A DNA stretch of 64,000 bases, from NCBI GenBank assembly GCA_950022495.1, contig CATLLJ010000003.1, positions 12,277-76,276 on the forward strand, given 5' to 3'. This DNA is from an uncultured bacterium (GTDB lineage Bacteria; Cyanobacteriota; Vampirovibrionia; Gastranaerophilales; Gastranaerophilaceae). Below are positions 50,237-57,799 of the stretch, one piece after another (positions within the stretch are counted from its first letter, which is position 1; the number at the start of each line of letters is the position of its first letter). The notes under the pieces are model-generated. The model saw only the letters and a list, made by a program, of their open reading frames with translations. It made no database searches and had not been told where the DNA came from. Position numbers and translations under genes: made by a program.

Positions 50237-50728
50237 ATGATTTATGATTTTCTTGATTTTGTAAAAAATCATCCAATACTTTTTATATTAAGCATCTTAA
50301 TTTTATTGTTTCCAATACCAATGAGTATGTCCGAGTGGAATGTGCATCCAAAAAGAATAATCTGTTTCCCTATGGATAATACTTGTAAAATGGATGTTTA
50401 TTCTTACAAACAGGAAATTTGCTGGGGGTGGTTGTTGCAAAGCAGGCATAGCCATAGGGCTTGCCAATTACCTAAATATAAATCTTCAGAAATGCAATTA
50501 CTTCCGCTAGAAGAAATTCAAGATGTAATTGTAATTGAGGAAAGTAAGTTTTATAAACTTTATTTAACTGGTAAGGATGATAAAAAAGCTTATATTGCAC
50601 AATTTAAAGATGGAGAACAGGCAGCATATATTGCATCTCATTTAAGGGTTCGTATTACAAAATGGCAGGAGACACCTGTTTTGGATAATGAAATGGAAGA
50701 GTATTATTCGTTTGATTTCTCAGAATAA
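50237..50728 (+). CDS. hypothetical membrane-anchored protein
   Basis: 163 aa with an N-terminal TM and a Cys-containing domain. Confidence 0.45.
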   Translation: MIYDFLDFVKNHPILFILSILILLFPIPMSMSEWNVHPKRIICFPMDNTCKMDVYSYKQEICWGWLLQSRHSHRACQLPKYKSSEMQLLPLEEIQDVIVIEESKFYKLYLTGKDDKKAYIAQFKDGEQAAYIASHLRVRITKWQETPVLDNEMEEYYSFDFSE

Positions 50729-50751
50729 AAATATTGAAAGGTATATAAATT

Positions 50752-51141
50752 ATGCAAAAAAAATATGAGATTATAATTGTAATTTTAATATTTTTTATAG
50801 CCGGGTTTTTCATAAACAGTACTAATAGTTTGGAATGCAAGACTAAATATAGCTATTGCAAGGTATTAAGTACTAATTTGTACAATATTCCCAGTTCAAA
50901 ATCTATAATATTTCCGAATGATATTCTAGGAACTTCTGTTTCTGAATATAAAGAAAGAAGAGGTTCTCGTGGACATAGAAGAACTGTTACTCTATATCGG
51001 TTAGAATTTTTAGATAAATCAAGTACTCCTCACATGATTTTTAAAGGGTATTCAAATTCTATGTCTGCCGAAAAAAGGGGGCAAGAAATTATGGAATGTA
51101 TACGTACAGAAAAATATCCTTGCAAATTTAATATGTATTAA
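50752..51141 (+). CDS. hypothetical membrane-anchored protein (same architecture as the preceding ORF)
   Basis: 129 aa with an N-terminal TM and a Cys-containing domain. Confidence 0.45.
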   Translation: MQKKYEIIIVILIFFIAGFFINSTNSLECKTKYSYCKVLSTNLYNIPSSKSIIFPNDILGTSVSEYKERRGSRGHRRTVTLYRLEFLDKSSTPHMIFKGYSNSMSAEKRGQEIMECIRTEKYPCKFNMY

Positions 51142-51192
51142 TTTATACACTTGATTTTAAACCTTTTTTTGATATGATAGTTTTACATTGAT

Positions 51193-51269
51193 GGCGCCTG
51201 TCGTCAAGCGGTTAAGACCTCGGATTGTGGTTCCGATATGCATGGGTTCGAATCCCATCAGGCGCCCCA
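51193..51269 (+). tRNA. tRNA-His (anticodon GUG) with genomically encoded G-1 and CCA
   Basis: GGCGCCTGTCGTCAAGCGGTTAAGACCTCGGATTGTGGTTCCGATATGCATGGGTTCGAATCCCATCAGGCGCCCCA. The anticodon loop is TTGTGGT. The extra 5' G pairs with C73. Confidence 0.9.
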
Positions 51270-51279
51270 TTTTTATAAG

Positions 51280-51305
51280 AGAGTCTTTTATAGACTCTTT
51301 TTTTA
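51280..51305 (+). terminator. rho-independent terminator after tRNA-His
   Basis: AGAGTCT-tttat-AGACTCT followed by TTTTTTT. Confidence 0.7.
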
Positions 51306-51322
51306 TTGATAAGGATTTCACT

Positions 51323-52606
51323 ATGCAGTTTATTGACAAGGCAAAAATTAAAATTTCATCAGGCAAAGGCGGAAACGGTGTTGTTGCCTGGCGTCGTGAA
51401 AAATTTGTTGATAAAGGCGGACCTGCCGGCGGAGACGGTGGTAAAGGCGGAAGCGTTTATCTTGTTGCGGATGAAGGTCTATCTACTCTTTTAGATTTTA
51501 CTTATAGATCAATTTTTAAAGCGGATAACGGTGAAAACGGTTTTAAAAAGAGTATGCATGGTAAAAGTGCTAAGGATTTGTATATAAAAGTTCCAACAGG
51601 AACAATTGTAAAAGATTTAAAAACCGGTAATGTCATTGCTGATTTAACACATCATGAACAGACTGTTCTAGTTGCTCAGGGAGGTCGCGGCGGAAGAGGT
51701 AATATTCATTTTTGTACTCCGCAAAATAGAGCACCTCAATATTGTGAACCCGGCGAACCGGGGATTGAACGTGAACTTCAGCTTGAATTAAAGCTTCTTG
51801 CTGATGTTGGTCTGTTAGGGTTACCGAATGCCGGTAAATCTACTTTTATCAGCCGTGTTTCAGCAGCAAAGCCAAAGATTGCAGATTATCCTTTTACTAC
51901 GCTTGTTCCAAATCTAGGTGTTGTAAGAAAACACAACGGCGACGGGTATGTAATTGCTGACATCCCGGGATTGATAGAAGGGGCTTCTGAAGGTGTCGGG
52001 CTGGGACATGATTTTTTAAGACATGTTGAAAGATGTCGTTTACTTCTTCATGTTGTTGATGGAACTGAAATCGACCCTATTAAAAATTTCAATATAATAA
52101 ATGAAGAACTAAAAAAATATTCTGAAACACTATCAAAAGTTCATCAAATTGTTGCAATTAATAAAATAGATTCAATTGATGAAGAAACATTGGAACACTT
52201 GAAAAACGAATTTGTTCAACTCGGTGTTGAAGTATTTTGTATTTCCGCTGTTACGGGTGAAAATATTGAAGCTCTAAAAAATGAACTAGAACATAAGGTC
52301 GATACTATTGAGAAACCTGTTTCTGATATTGTTATAGAAGAAGACTTTGAAGCAACTAACAATGACGATGGTTATTGGGAAGTCCATAAATTAAATAAAG
52401 ATACATATCTTGTCACCGGCGGAAGAATTATCAGAATTTCGCAAGTAACTGATTCCAGAAGTACGGAACAGGTTATCCGTTTCCAGAATATTATGATAAG
52501 TATGGGGATTATGGATGAATTAAAACAGCTCGGTGTTCAAAACGGAGATACCATTATTGTTGGAAAACTTGAACTTGAATACTGGGATGATGAAGTTTAT
52601 AAGTAA
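51323..52606 (+). CDS. obg: GTPase Obg/CgtA
   Basis: MQFIDKAKIKISSGKGGNG, glycine-rich Obg fold, GLPNAGKST, DIPGLIEGA and NKID blocks, plus a C-terminal OCT domain. The ORF-track start at 51188 runs through the tRNA and was not used. Confidence 0.95.
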   Translation: MQFIDKAKIKISSGKGGNGVVAWRREKFVDKGGPAGGDGGKGGSVYLVADEGLSTLLDFTYRSIFKADNGENGFKKSMHGKSAKDLYIKVPTGTIVKDLKTGNVIADLTHHEQTVLVAQGGRGGRGNIHFCTPQNRAPQYCEPGEPGIERELQLELKLLADVGLLGLPNAGKSTFISRVSAAKPKIADYPFTTLVPNLGVVRKHNGDGYVIADIPGLIEGASEGVGLGHDFLRHVERCRLLLHVVDGTEIDPIKNFNIINEELKKYSETLSKVHQIVAINKIDSIDEETLEHLKNEFVQLGVEVFCISAVTGENIEALKNELEHKVDTIEKPVSDIVIEEDFEATNNDDGYWEVHKLNKDTYLVTGGRIIRISQVTDSRSTEQVIRFQNIMISMGIMDELKQLGVQNGDTIIVGKLELEYWDDEVYK

Positions 52607-52690
52607 TGTCTGACTTTTTAGTGTTCAGACTTGCAACTTCGCCGGATAAGTGATAAAATCTACTTGTATAGAAGATATGAGGGTTAAATT

Positions 52691-52864
52691 ATGGCAAGAC
52701 TTATAAGACCAACATGGGCAGTTAGATGTGTTCAATCAGGATGTAAATGCTTGTTTGAAGTTGCAAAATTAGAAGATGGTAAACAACAAGAAGTTGTTTG
52801 TCCTAATTGCGGTGAACATTACGTTTATCCAATTTATGACAACGATGAAGACGAACAAAAATAG
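52691..52864 (+). CDS. 57-aa zinc-ribbon-like protein (not in the track)
   Basis: GAGGG lies 8 nt before the ATG. It encodes MARLIRPTWAVRCVQSGCKCLFEVAKLEDGKQQEVVCPNCGEHYVYPIYDNDEDEQK*. The stop is 2 nt before the radical SAM gene. Confidence 0.5.
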   Translation: MARLIRPTWAVRCVQSGCKCLFEVAKLEDGKQQEVVCPNCGEHYVYPIYDNDEDEQK

Positions 52865-52866
52865 AA

Positions 52867-53802
52867 ATGTTTTTCAATAATACAGACAAAAGATACAACC
52901 AGTTCAGTGCATATTTAAAAAATCGGTTTGGAGCCAAGGTATATAAAATTACTCTTGATGCAGGTTTCTCATGTCCAAACCGAGACGGAACAATATCCAC
53001 AGGCGGTTGTATTTTTTGTGATGACGGCGGGAGTTTTTCTCAGGCACATTCAAATTTATTGCACATAGAAGAACAGGTTAAAATTGGTGCTGAAACTCTT
53101 CACAAACGATTTAAAGCTGAAAAATTCATGTCTTATTTTCAGGCTTATACAAACACCTATAAGCCTGTATCTGAGTTAGAGACTATTTATAAATCTGCGT
53201 TAACACATCCGGATGTTATCGGGCTTTCTATAGGCACCCGACCTGATTGTGTTGATGAAGATAAATTAAATTTGATTTCTGATATAGGAAAAGATTATTA
53301 TACGTGGGTTGAGTACGGGTTGCAGTCAATTCATGATAAAACACTTTTGAAAATCAATCGCGGGCATGATTTTGATTGTTTTTTAAGAGCGTATGAATTA
53401 ACAAAAGAAAAAGGCATAAATGTTTGTGTTCATGTGATTTTCGGATTATGGGAAACCCGTGATGAAATATTACAAACAGCTCAAAAACTTGCAGAATTGA
53501 AAGTTGATGGTGTAAAAATTCACATGCTTTGTGCTCTTCAGAATACAAAATTAGCAAGACTTTATGAAGCCGGTGAAATTGATTTTATGTCAGAAGAAGA
53601 ATATGTAAATCTGTGCTGTGATTTTCTGGAAATATTACCGCCGGAAACTACAATTCACAGACTTGCGGGCAACGGATTAAAGAAAAATTTAATAGCTCCC
53701 CGCTGGCTTGGAGCAAAATTAGATTGTCTCAATAAAATAGATAGAGAATTCATTAAAAGAAATACTTATCAAGGGGCAAAACACTTTACAAATGCTTGTT
53801 AA
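52867..53802 (+). CDS. TIGR01212-family radical SAM protein
   Basis: FSCPNRDGTISTGGCIFCD cluster motif, with the length and blocks of the YhcC/TIGR01212 family. Confidence 0.75.
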   Translation: MFFNNTDKRYNQFSAYLKNRFGAKVYKITLDAGFSCPNRDGTISTGGCIFCDDGGSFSQAHSNLLHIEEQVKIGAETLHKRFKAEKFMSYFQAYTNTYKPVSELETIYKSALTHPDVIGLSIGTRPDCVDEDKLNLISDIGKDYYTWVEYGLQSIHDKTLLKINRGHDFDCFLRAYELTKEKGINVCVHVIFGLWETRDEILQTAQKLAELKVDGVKIHMLCALQNTKLARLYEAGEIDFMSEEEYVNLCCDFLEILPPETTIHRLAGNGLKKNLIAPRWLGAKLDCLNKIDREFIKRNTYQGAKHFTNAC

Positions 53803-53922
53803 TGTGGGATAATAAAGGTGCAGAATGTAACATTTTGTTAATGCATCTCAAATAGTTTAGCAAAAAATAATTTTCAGCCGTATTATACGACCAGAAACTA
53901 TTGAAGGTAGTGGGGTAATAGT

Positions 53923-54714
53923 ATGTTAACAATTCAACCTAATGTTGTAAATTATTCAAACAGAAAACCTGTTCATTTTAGAGGCGGAGAAGATGGTGCT
54001 TCAGGTTCAATTCTGGATAGCGAGATTACAGAAGACTTATATAACCAGAAGTCGAATTTTTATAAATCACAAATTAGGGAATTCGATAAATCTATTAACG
54101 ATGAACACACTCCTGACTTTATGAAAAAAGTGTTAAAAACTTTTAGAATTATTTCAGAAGCTTTACTTGAAGGCTGGGCAGTTGCATGGGGTGCCAGCAA
54201 CGGTTCAAAAGTGATTAAATCCTCAGTTGTCAAAGGTGTTGAAAATGCTGCAGGAAAACAGGCTCAAGAAGTTTTAACTCCATTTGGTAAAAAACTTGAA
54301 AAAGGTTTCAAAAAGGTTGGCGAAGTAGTTTCTAAAGGAATTGAAAAGATTAAAACTTCAAGTTTCGGCGTTGCTTTTTCTGAAAAATTAGCTAAGTTAA
54401 CAGAAAAAATGAATCAAAATTCTGTTGGTAAATATATTGTTAAAGGATTTGAATATATTGGTAAAGGTATAAAAGCTGTAGTAAACTTCATTACAAAACC
54501 GTTTAAAGGTGCTAAAGTTAGTGAAGTTTATGATAAGGCAACCAAGGCTACAGCAACAACTTTAGGTGTTGGTGCAGGTGCTGCCGGTGCTTATAATGCA
54601 ACCGCAAAAGTTAATGAAAAAGAAAATCAACGTAAAGTTGACGATACTGAACAGTATGATGACATAAACGATGATTTTGATGATGATTACGATTTAGAAG
54701 ATGATGGGGAATAG
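53923..54714 (+). CDS. hypothetical protein with lysine-rich amphipathic repeats and an acidic tail
   Basis: 263 aa with repeated KG(F/I)xK-type segments. The C-terminus reads DDINDDFDDDYDLEDDGE. Confidence 0.5.
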   Translation: MLTIQPNVVNYSNRKPVHFRGGEDGASGSILDSEITEDLYNQKSNFYKSQIREFDKSINDEHTPDFMKKVLKTFRIISEALLEGWAVAWGASNGSKVIKSSVVKGVENAAGKQAQEVLTPFGKKLEKGFKKVGEVVSKGIEKIKTSSFGVAFSEKLAKLTEKMNQNSVGKYIVKGFEYIGKGIKAVVNFITKPFKGAKVSEVYDKATKATATTLGVGAGAAGAYNATAKVNEKENQRKVDDTEQYDDINDDFDDDYDLEDDGE

Positions 54715-54716
54715 AT

Positions 54717-55178
54717 ATGACAGGTATTGATGCTGTAAAATTATCTCAAGGTCTTCCAAAATCTTCACGTCAACAACGCAGGGAACGTAAAGAACATCAA
54801 GAGCAAGTTGCCGCAGGTGTCGGAGGTGCTGCCGGTCTTTCTCAAACAACAAAGCTGGCAAGTAAACGCGGTTTGTCTGCTGAAGCCGGCGAAAAAGCTT
54901 TACAAAAAATGATGCAGACTACCCAGAGAACTACTCAGTCTGTTAATAAAACTACCGGAACATTCTCAAAATTGTGGAAATCTTTTAAAGCCAATGTTAA
55001 ATTTTACACTAAAGATATTATGACAAGATTTCCTGTTTTAAAACATTGTGCAGGATTTTTAGGCGGTGCTTTAGCATTTTTTGTTCTTGTAACGGGTGTA
55101 AATAAAGCTGTAAAAACCGGTGCTATTGCTGTAGATGATTTTAAACACCAGATAGAAGATTTTAAATCTATTGCGTAA
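54717..55178 (+). CDS. hypothetical membrane protein
   Basis: 153 aa. The start is 2 nt after the previous stop. One TM lies near the C-terminus. Confidence 0.5.
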   Translation: MTGIDAVKLSQGLPKSSRQQRRERKEHQEQVAAGVGGAAGLSQTTKLASKRGLSAEAGEKALQKMMQTTQRTTQSVNKTTGTFSKLWKSFKANVKFYTKDIMTRFPVLKHCAGFLGGALAFFVLVTGVNKAVKTGAIAVDDFKHQIEDFKSIA

Positions 55179-55224
55179 CAGTAAAATAATTGAGAATTAT
55201 AAAAGGTCGTGCTAAACTACAGTT

Positions 55225-56364
55225 ATGCACGATTTTTTACTAAAAGAATTATCAAATACAGACTTAGAAAAAGAACTTGAAAATATCGGGTTTGATAAAA
55301 CCTATACCAATAAGGCTAAGGACAAATTTCAATATAAAAATCTAAAAATATATAATTTGTCTCCGGCTCAAGCTAATATTATAAAACAAACTGCCATTTC
55401 TGTAGGTGCAGATTGCGGAACTCATAGAGAAGTTATAACAGGCAAGGTGGAAGTTTCAAACTGTATATTAGGCGGATGTTTATCTGAGTTAAGAAAAGTC
55501 GCAGATAAATTGCAATATCAACCGTTTGGATTGAAATTTCTCGGACAAAAAATAGCATATCTTTGCAGCTCTTCTGAAACTTCAAAAACAAAAATAATGG
55601 GGATTTTGAATGTTACACAAAATTCTTTTTCAGATGGCGGTAAATACTATAATTTTGATGATTCAATAAAACATTTACTTGAACTTATCGATGATGGTGC
55701 TGATATTATTGACATAGGTGCAGAATCTACAAAACCTTATTCTCAACCTGTGAGTGCAGAAGAACAGTTGGATAAGTTAATACCTATTCTTGAATATATA
55801 AAAGCGAATAATATTACTGTTCCTATCAGCATTGACACAAGAAGTGCTAAAGTTGCCCAAATGTGTATAGAACTTGGTGCAAATATTATTAATGATGTAT
55901 CCGGCTTTGATTATGACGCTGAAATGGTAAATGTTCTTGCTGCAAATCCTGAAGTAAAAGTTATACTTCAGCACTCTCAAGGCAATCCTGAAAATATGCA
56001 GGATAATCCATATTATGAAAATTTGATGGATGAAATTTATTTTAATCTAAAGGATAAAGTGGATTTAGCTATTTCACACGGCATAAAAAAAGAAAATATT
56101 ATAATTGACCCGGGTATTGGATTTGGAAAAACAAAAGAACATAATTTAGAGATTATTAGACGCTGGAAAGAATTGAAAACTATTGGCTGTCCTGTACTTA
56201 TTGGTCTGTCAAGAAAACGTCTTTTAGATATGCAAAATTCTGAAAATGAACAAAAAGATGTTTATTCCTTAGCATTAGATAGTATTTTGATGAACGAAAA
56301 TATAGATTATATTAGAGTTCATAATGTAAAAATTCATAAAAAACTTCAAGATATTTTGAATTAA
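55225..56364 (+). CDS. folP: dihydropteroate synthase with an N-terminal extension of about 110 aa
   Basis: IMGILNVTQNSFSDGG, DIGAESTKP, SIDT and NDVSG blocks in the C-terminal ~265 aa. Confidence 0.85.
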   Translation: MHDFLLKELSNTDLEKELENIGFDKTYTNKAKDKFQYKNLKIYNLSPAQANIIKQTAISVGADCGTHREVITGKVEVSNCILGGCLSELRKVADKLQYQPFGLKFLGQKIAYLCSSSETSKTKIMGILNVTQNSFSDGGKYYNFDDSIKHLLELIDDGADIIDIGAESTKPYSQPVSAEEQLDKLIPILEYIKANNITVPISIDTRSAKVAQMCIELGANIINDVSGFDYDAEMVNVLAANPEVKVILQHSQGNPENMQDNPYYENLMDEIYFNLKDKVDLAISHGIKKENIIIDPGIGFGKTKEHNLEIIRRWKELKTIGCPVLIGLSRKRLLDMQNSENEQKDVYSLALDSILMNENIDYIRVHNVKIHKKLQDILN

Positions 56365-56415
56365 ATCACATGTTCAATTAATAAAATTTTTCTTGCATTA
56401 AATAATATTTTTATT

Positions 56416-57312
56416 ATGAGCAATATAAATATAGGGAAAATTTTATCGTTTTTACTTTTAATTCTGATTTTGGGCGGTATTGTTGTAACTTATTTTTCAC
56501 ATACGTATATTCGGGCTGAATTCAAAAAAATGGACCCGATGCCGGCAAGAATGGGGGTATATTATAAGGGTTATAAATTAGGTTCAACAAATAAGTTAAA
56601 AATTTCAAAGGACTTTAAAAAAACATATTTATACATAACTCTTAATCAAAGAGGATTGCATTTACCAAAAAATATAACTGCACGCATAAAAAATTATGAT
56701 GAAGATACAAAATATGTTGACCTGATTTATCCATCTGCACCTATGCTTAAATATATCAGGACAGGGGATACAATTAAGGGCGAATCAGGGTTTACATTTA
56801 GCGGAATTTCAGATATAAATCAGGCTCACCTTGATGATTTATCCGAAAAGGGTGAAAATTTACTGAGTTCAGCCACTAAGGCAACCGATTCTTTAACTGA
56901 ACTATTTGATTTAATAACAGATATTCTTACAGAAAATAGAGAAAATATTCACGAGTCAACGACATATTTGAAAAACAGTATGTTAAATCTTGAAGCTACA
57001 ACCTGGAGTCTCAAGGATTTGTCAGGTAAGATAAATGATGAGGTAACCCGTAAGACTATTAGAAACAGTGCGAATAATCTTGAACAAATTACTTCAAATT
57101 TTGCGTATACTTCTAAGGATTTCATATCAATTTCAGGTAATTTTAATAAGACAAGTTCTGATTTCTCTGTGCTTGTGCCAAAACTAAGTGTCTTGATTGA
57201 TGCGGTGCAGTTAGTTGTCTGCAATGTAAATGACATTGTAGTCGGAGTGAAGAAAACTTTGCAAAAGAAATTTGGCGGAGCAAGGATAATTTTCGGTAAA
57301 CCAATGAGTTAA
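56416..57312 (+). CDS. MlaD/MCE-like membrane protein
   Basis: N-terminal TM, an MlaD-like beta domain (GVYYKGYKLGSTNKLKISKDFKKTYLYITLN...ARIKN) and a helical C-terminal part. Confidence 0.5.
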   Translation: MSNINIGKILSFLLLILILGGIVVTYFSHTYIRAEFKKMDPMPARMGVYYKGYKLGSTNKLKISKDFKKTYLYITLNQRGLHLPKNITARIKNYDEDTKYVDLIYPSAPMLKYIRTGDTIKGESGFTFSGISDINQAHLDDLSEKGENLLSSATKATDSLTELFDLITDILTENRENIHESTTYLKNSMLNLEATTWSLKDLSGKINDEVTRKTIRNSANNLEQITSNFAYTSKDFISISGNFNKTSSDFSVLVPKLSVLIDAVQLVVCNVNDIVVGVKKTLQKKFGGARIIFGKPMS

Positions 57313-57340
57313 GGGGGGAATAACATATATTATGTTAAAA
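57313..57340 (+). other. dif-like XerC/XerD recombination site (candidate chromosomal dif)
   Basis: GGGGGGAATAA|CATATA|TTATGTTAAAA compared with E. coli dif GGTGCGCATAA|TGTATA|TTATGTTAAAT (quoted from memory) matches at 8/11, 4/6 and 10/11. It lies in a convergent intergenic region where gene orientation switches. Confidence 0.6.
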
Positions 57341-57771
57341 GGCTCTATTCTTCATTTCTTTCTCTTGCTTGTTAGCTCGCAATAAACGGGACTACCGCCA
57401 AAGCTCAACGCTTTGAGCGTTCGCCCTCTGCTCGCTATACGCTTTATTGCGAGTAAAAGAGAAAGAAACGCAAGCAAAGAATGCGTAAGCCGGAGTGTAA
57501 GCACTCGCTCGGCGGCGTTGAGCCGGCGAAGAAGTGCTGAACTTAATATCTACGACGTAAGAGCGTAGCTCCACAGGAGTAGAAAGAGAAAAACGCGACC
57601 AAATGAAACGAGTTATCAGGGGCAAAGCCTCCGAACCCCCATAGGCTAAAGGAAGGTTCGGAAACGTAGTTTCTGATAACTCGAGCAATTTAATCCTGCG
57701 TGTTTTCTTTTCTTTCCGCCCATTTCTTTTCTTTTGCATCGCAATCAAAAGAAAAGAAATGGGCAAAAGGG
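57341..57771. other. GC-rich, ORF-free, highly structured 431-bp cargo between two inverted dif-like sites (candidate structured RNA or miniature Xer-dependent element)
   Basis: My hand count gives about 45-60% GC per 60-nt line, against AT-rich flanks. Perfect helices are 57718-57736/57746-57764 (19 bp), 57609-57619/57673-57683 (11 bp), 57631-57637/57655-57661 (7 bp), 57376-57386/57443-57453 (11 bp) and 57355-57364/57459-57468 (10 bp). Confidence 0.55.
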
Positions 57772-57799
57772 AGGTTACATAATATATGTTATATCATAT
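57772..57799 (-). other. second dif-like site in inverted orientation
   Basis: The minus strand reads ATATGATATAA|CATATA|TTATGTAACCT. The XerD-side arm matches B. subtilis dif TTATGTAAACT (from memory) at 10/11. The central region is identical to the left site. The site overlaps the bioA stop codon. Confidence 0.5.

Noticed and set aside
51157-51366. Minus-strand 69-aa ORF, plus the 45-codon N-terminal extension of the obg ORF (track start 51188)
   Set aside because: Both overlap a well-formed tRNA-His (51193-51269) and its terminator. Obg starts at the canonical MQFIDKAKI at 51323.
57671-57683. Hammerhead-like CUGAUAA box
   Set aside because: The conserved core is CUGAUGA...GAAA with specific flanking helices. 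The sequence here is CUGAUAA and simply forms one arm of an 11-bp helix.
57392-57766. 124-aa minus-strand ORF from the track, lying inside the dif-flanked element
   Set aside because: It has no RBS. Its composition is Arg/Ser/Ala/Lys-rich and low in complexity. It runs straight through the long perfect hairpins. Open frames are expected by chance in a GC-richer island of an AT-rich genome, so I treat it as noncoding.
57341-57771. RNase P RNA, tmRNA or SRP RNA as the identity of the structured element
   Set aside because: I looked on both strands for GGAAAGUCC paired with ACAGAA..GGCUUA (RNase P P4). I also looked for a tRNA-like GGUUCGAAUCC...CCA end (tmRNA) and for GGAAGGAAGCAGCC (SRP). Only fragments turned up: GUAAGAGCG on the plus strand and CCGGCUUAC on the minus strand, which are on opposite strands and cannot belong to one RNase P RNA.
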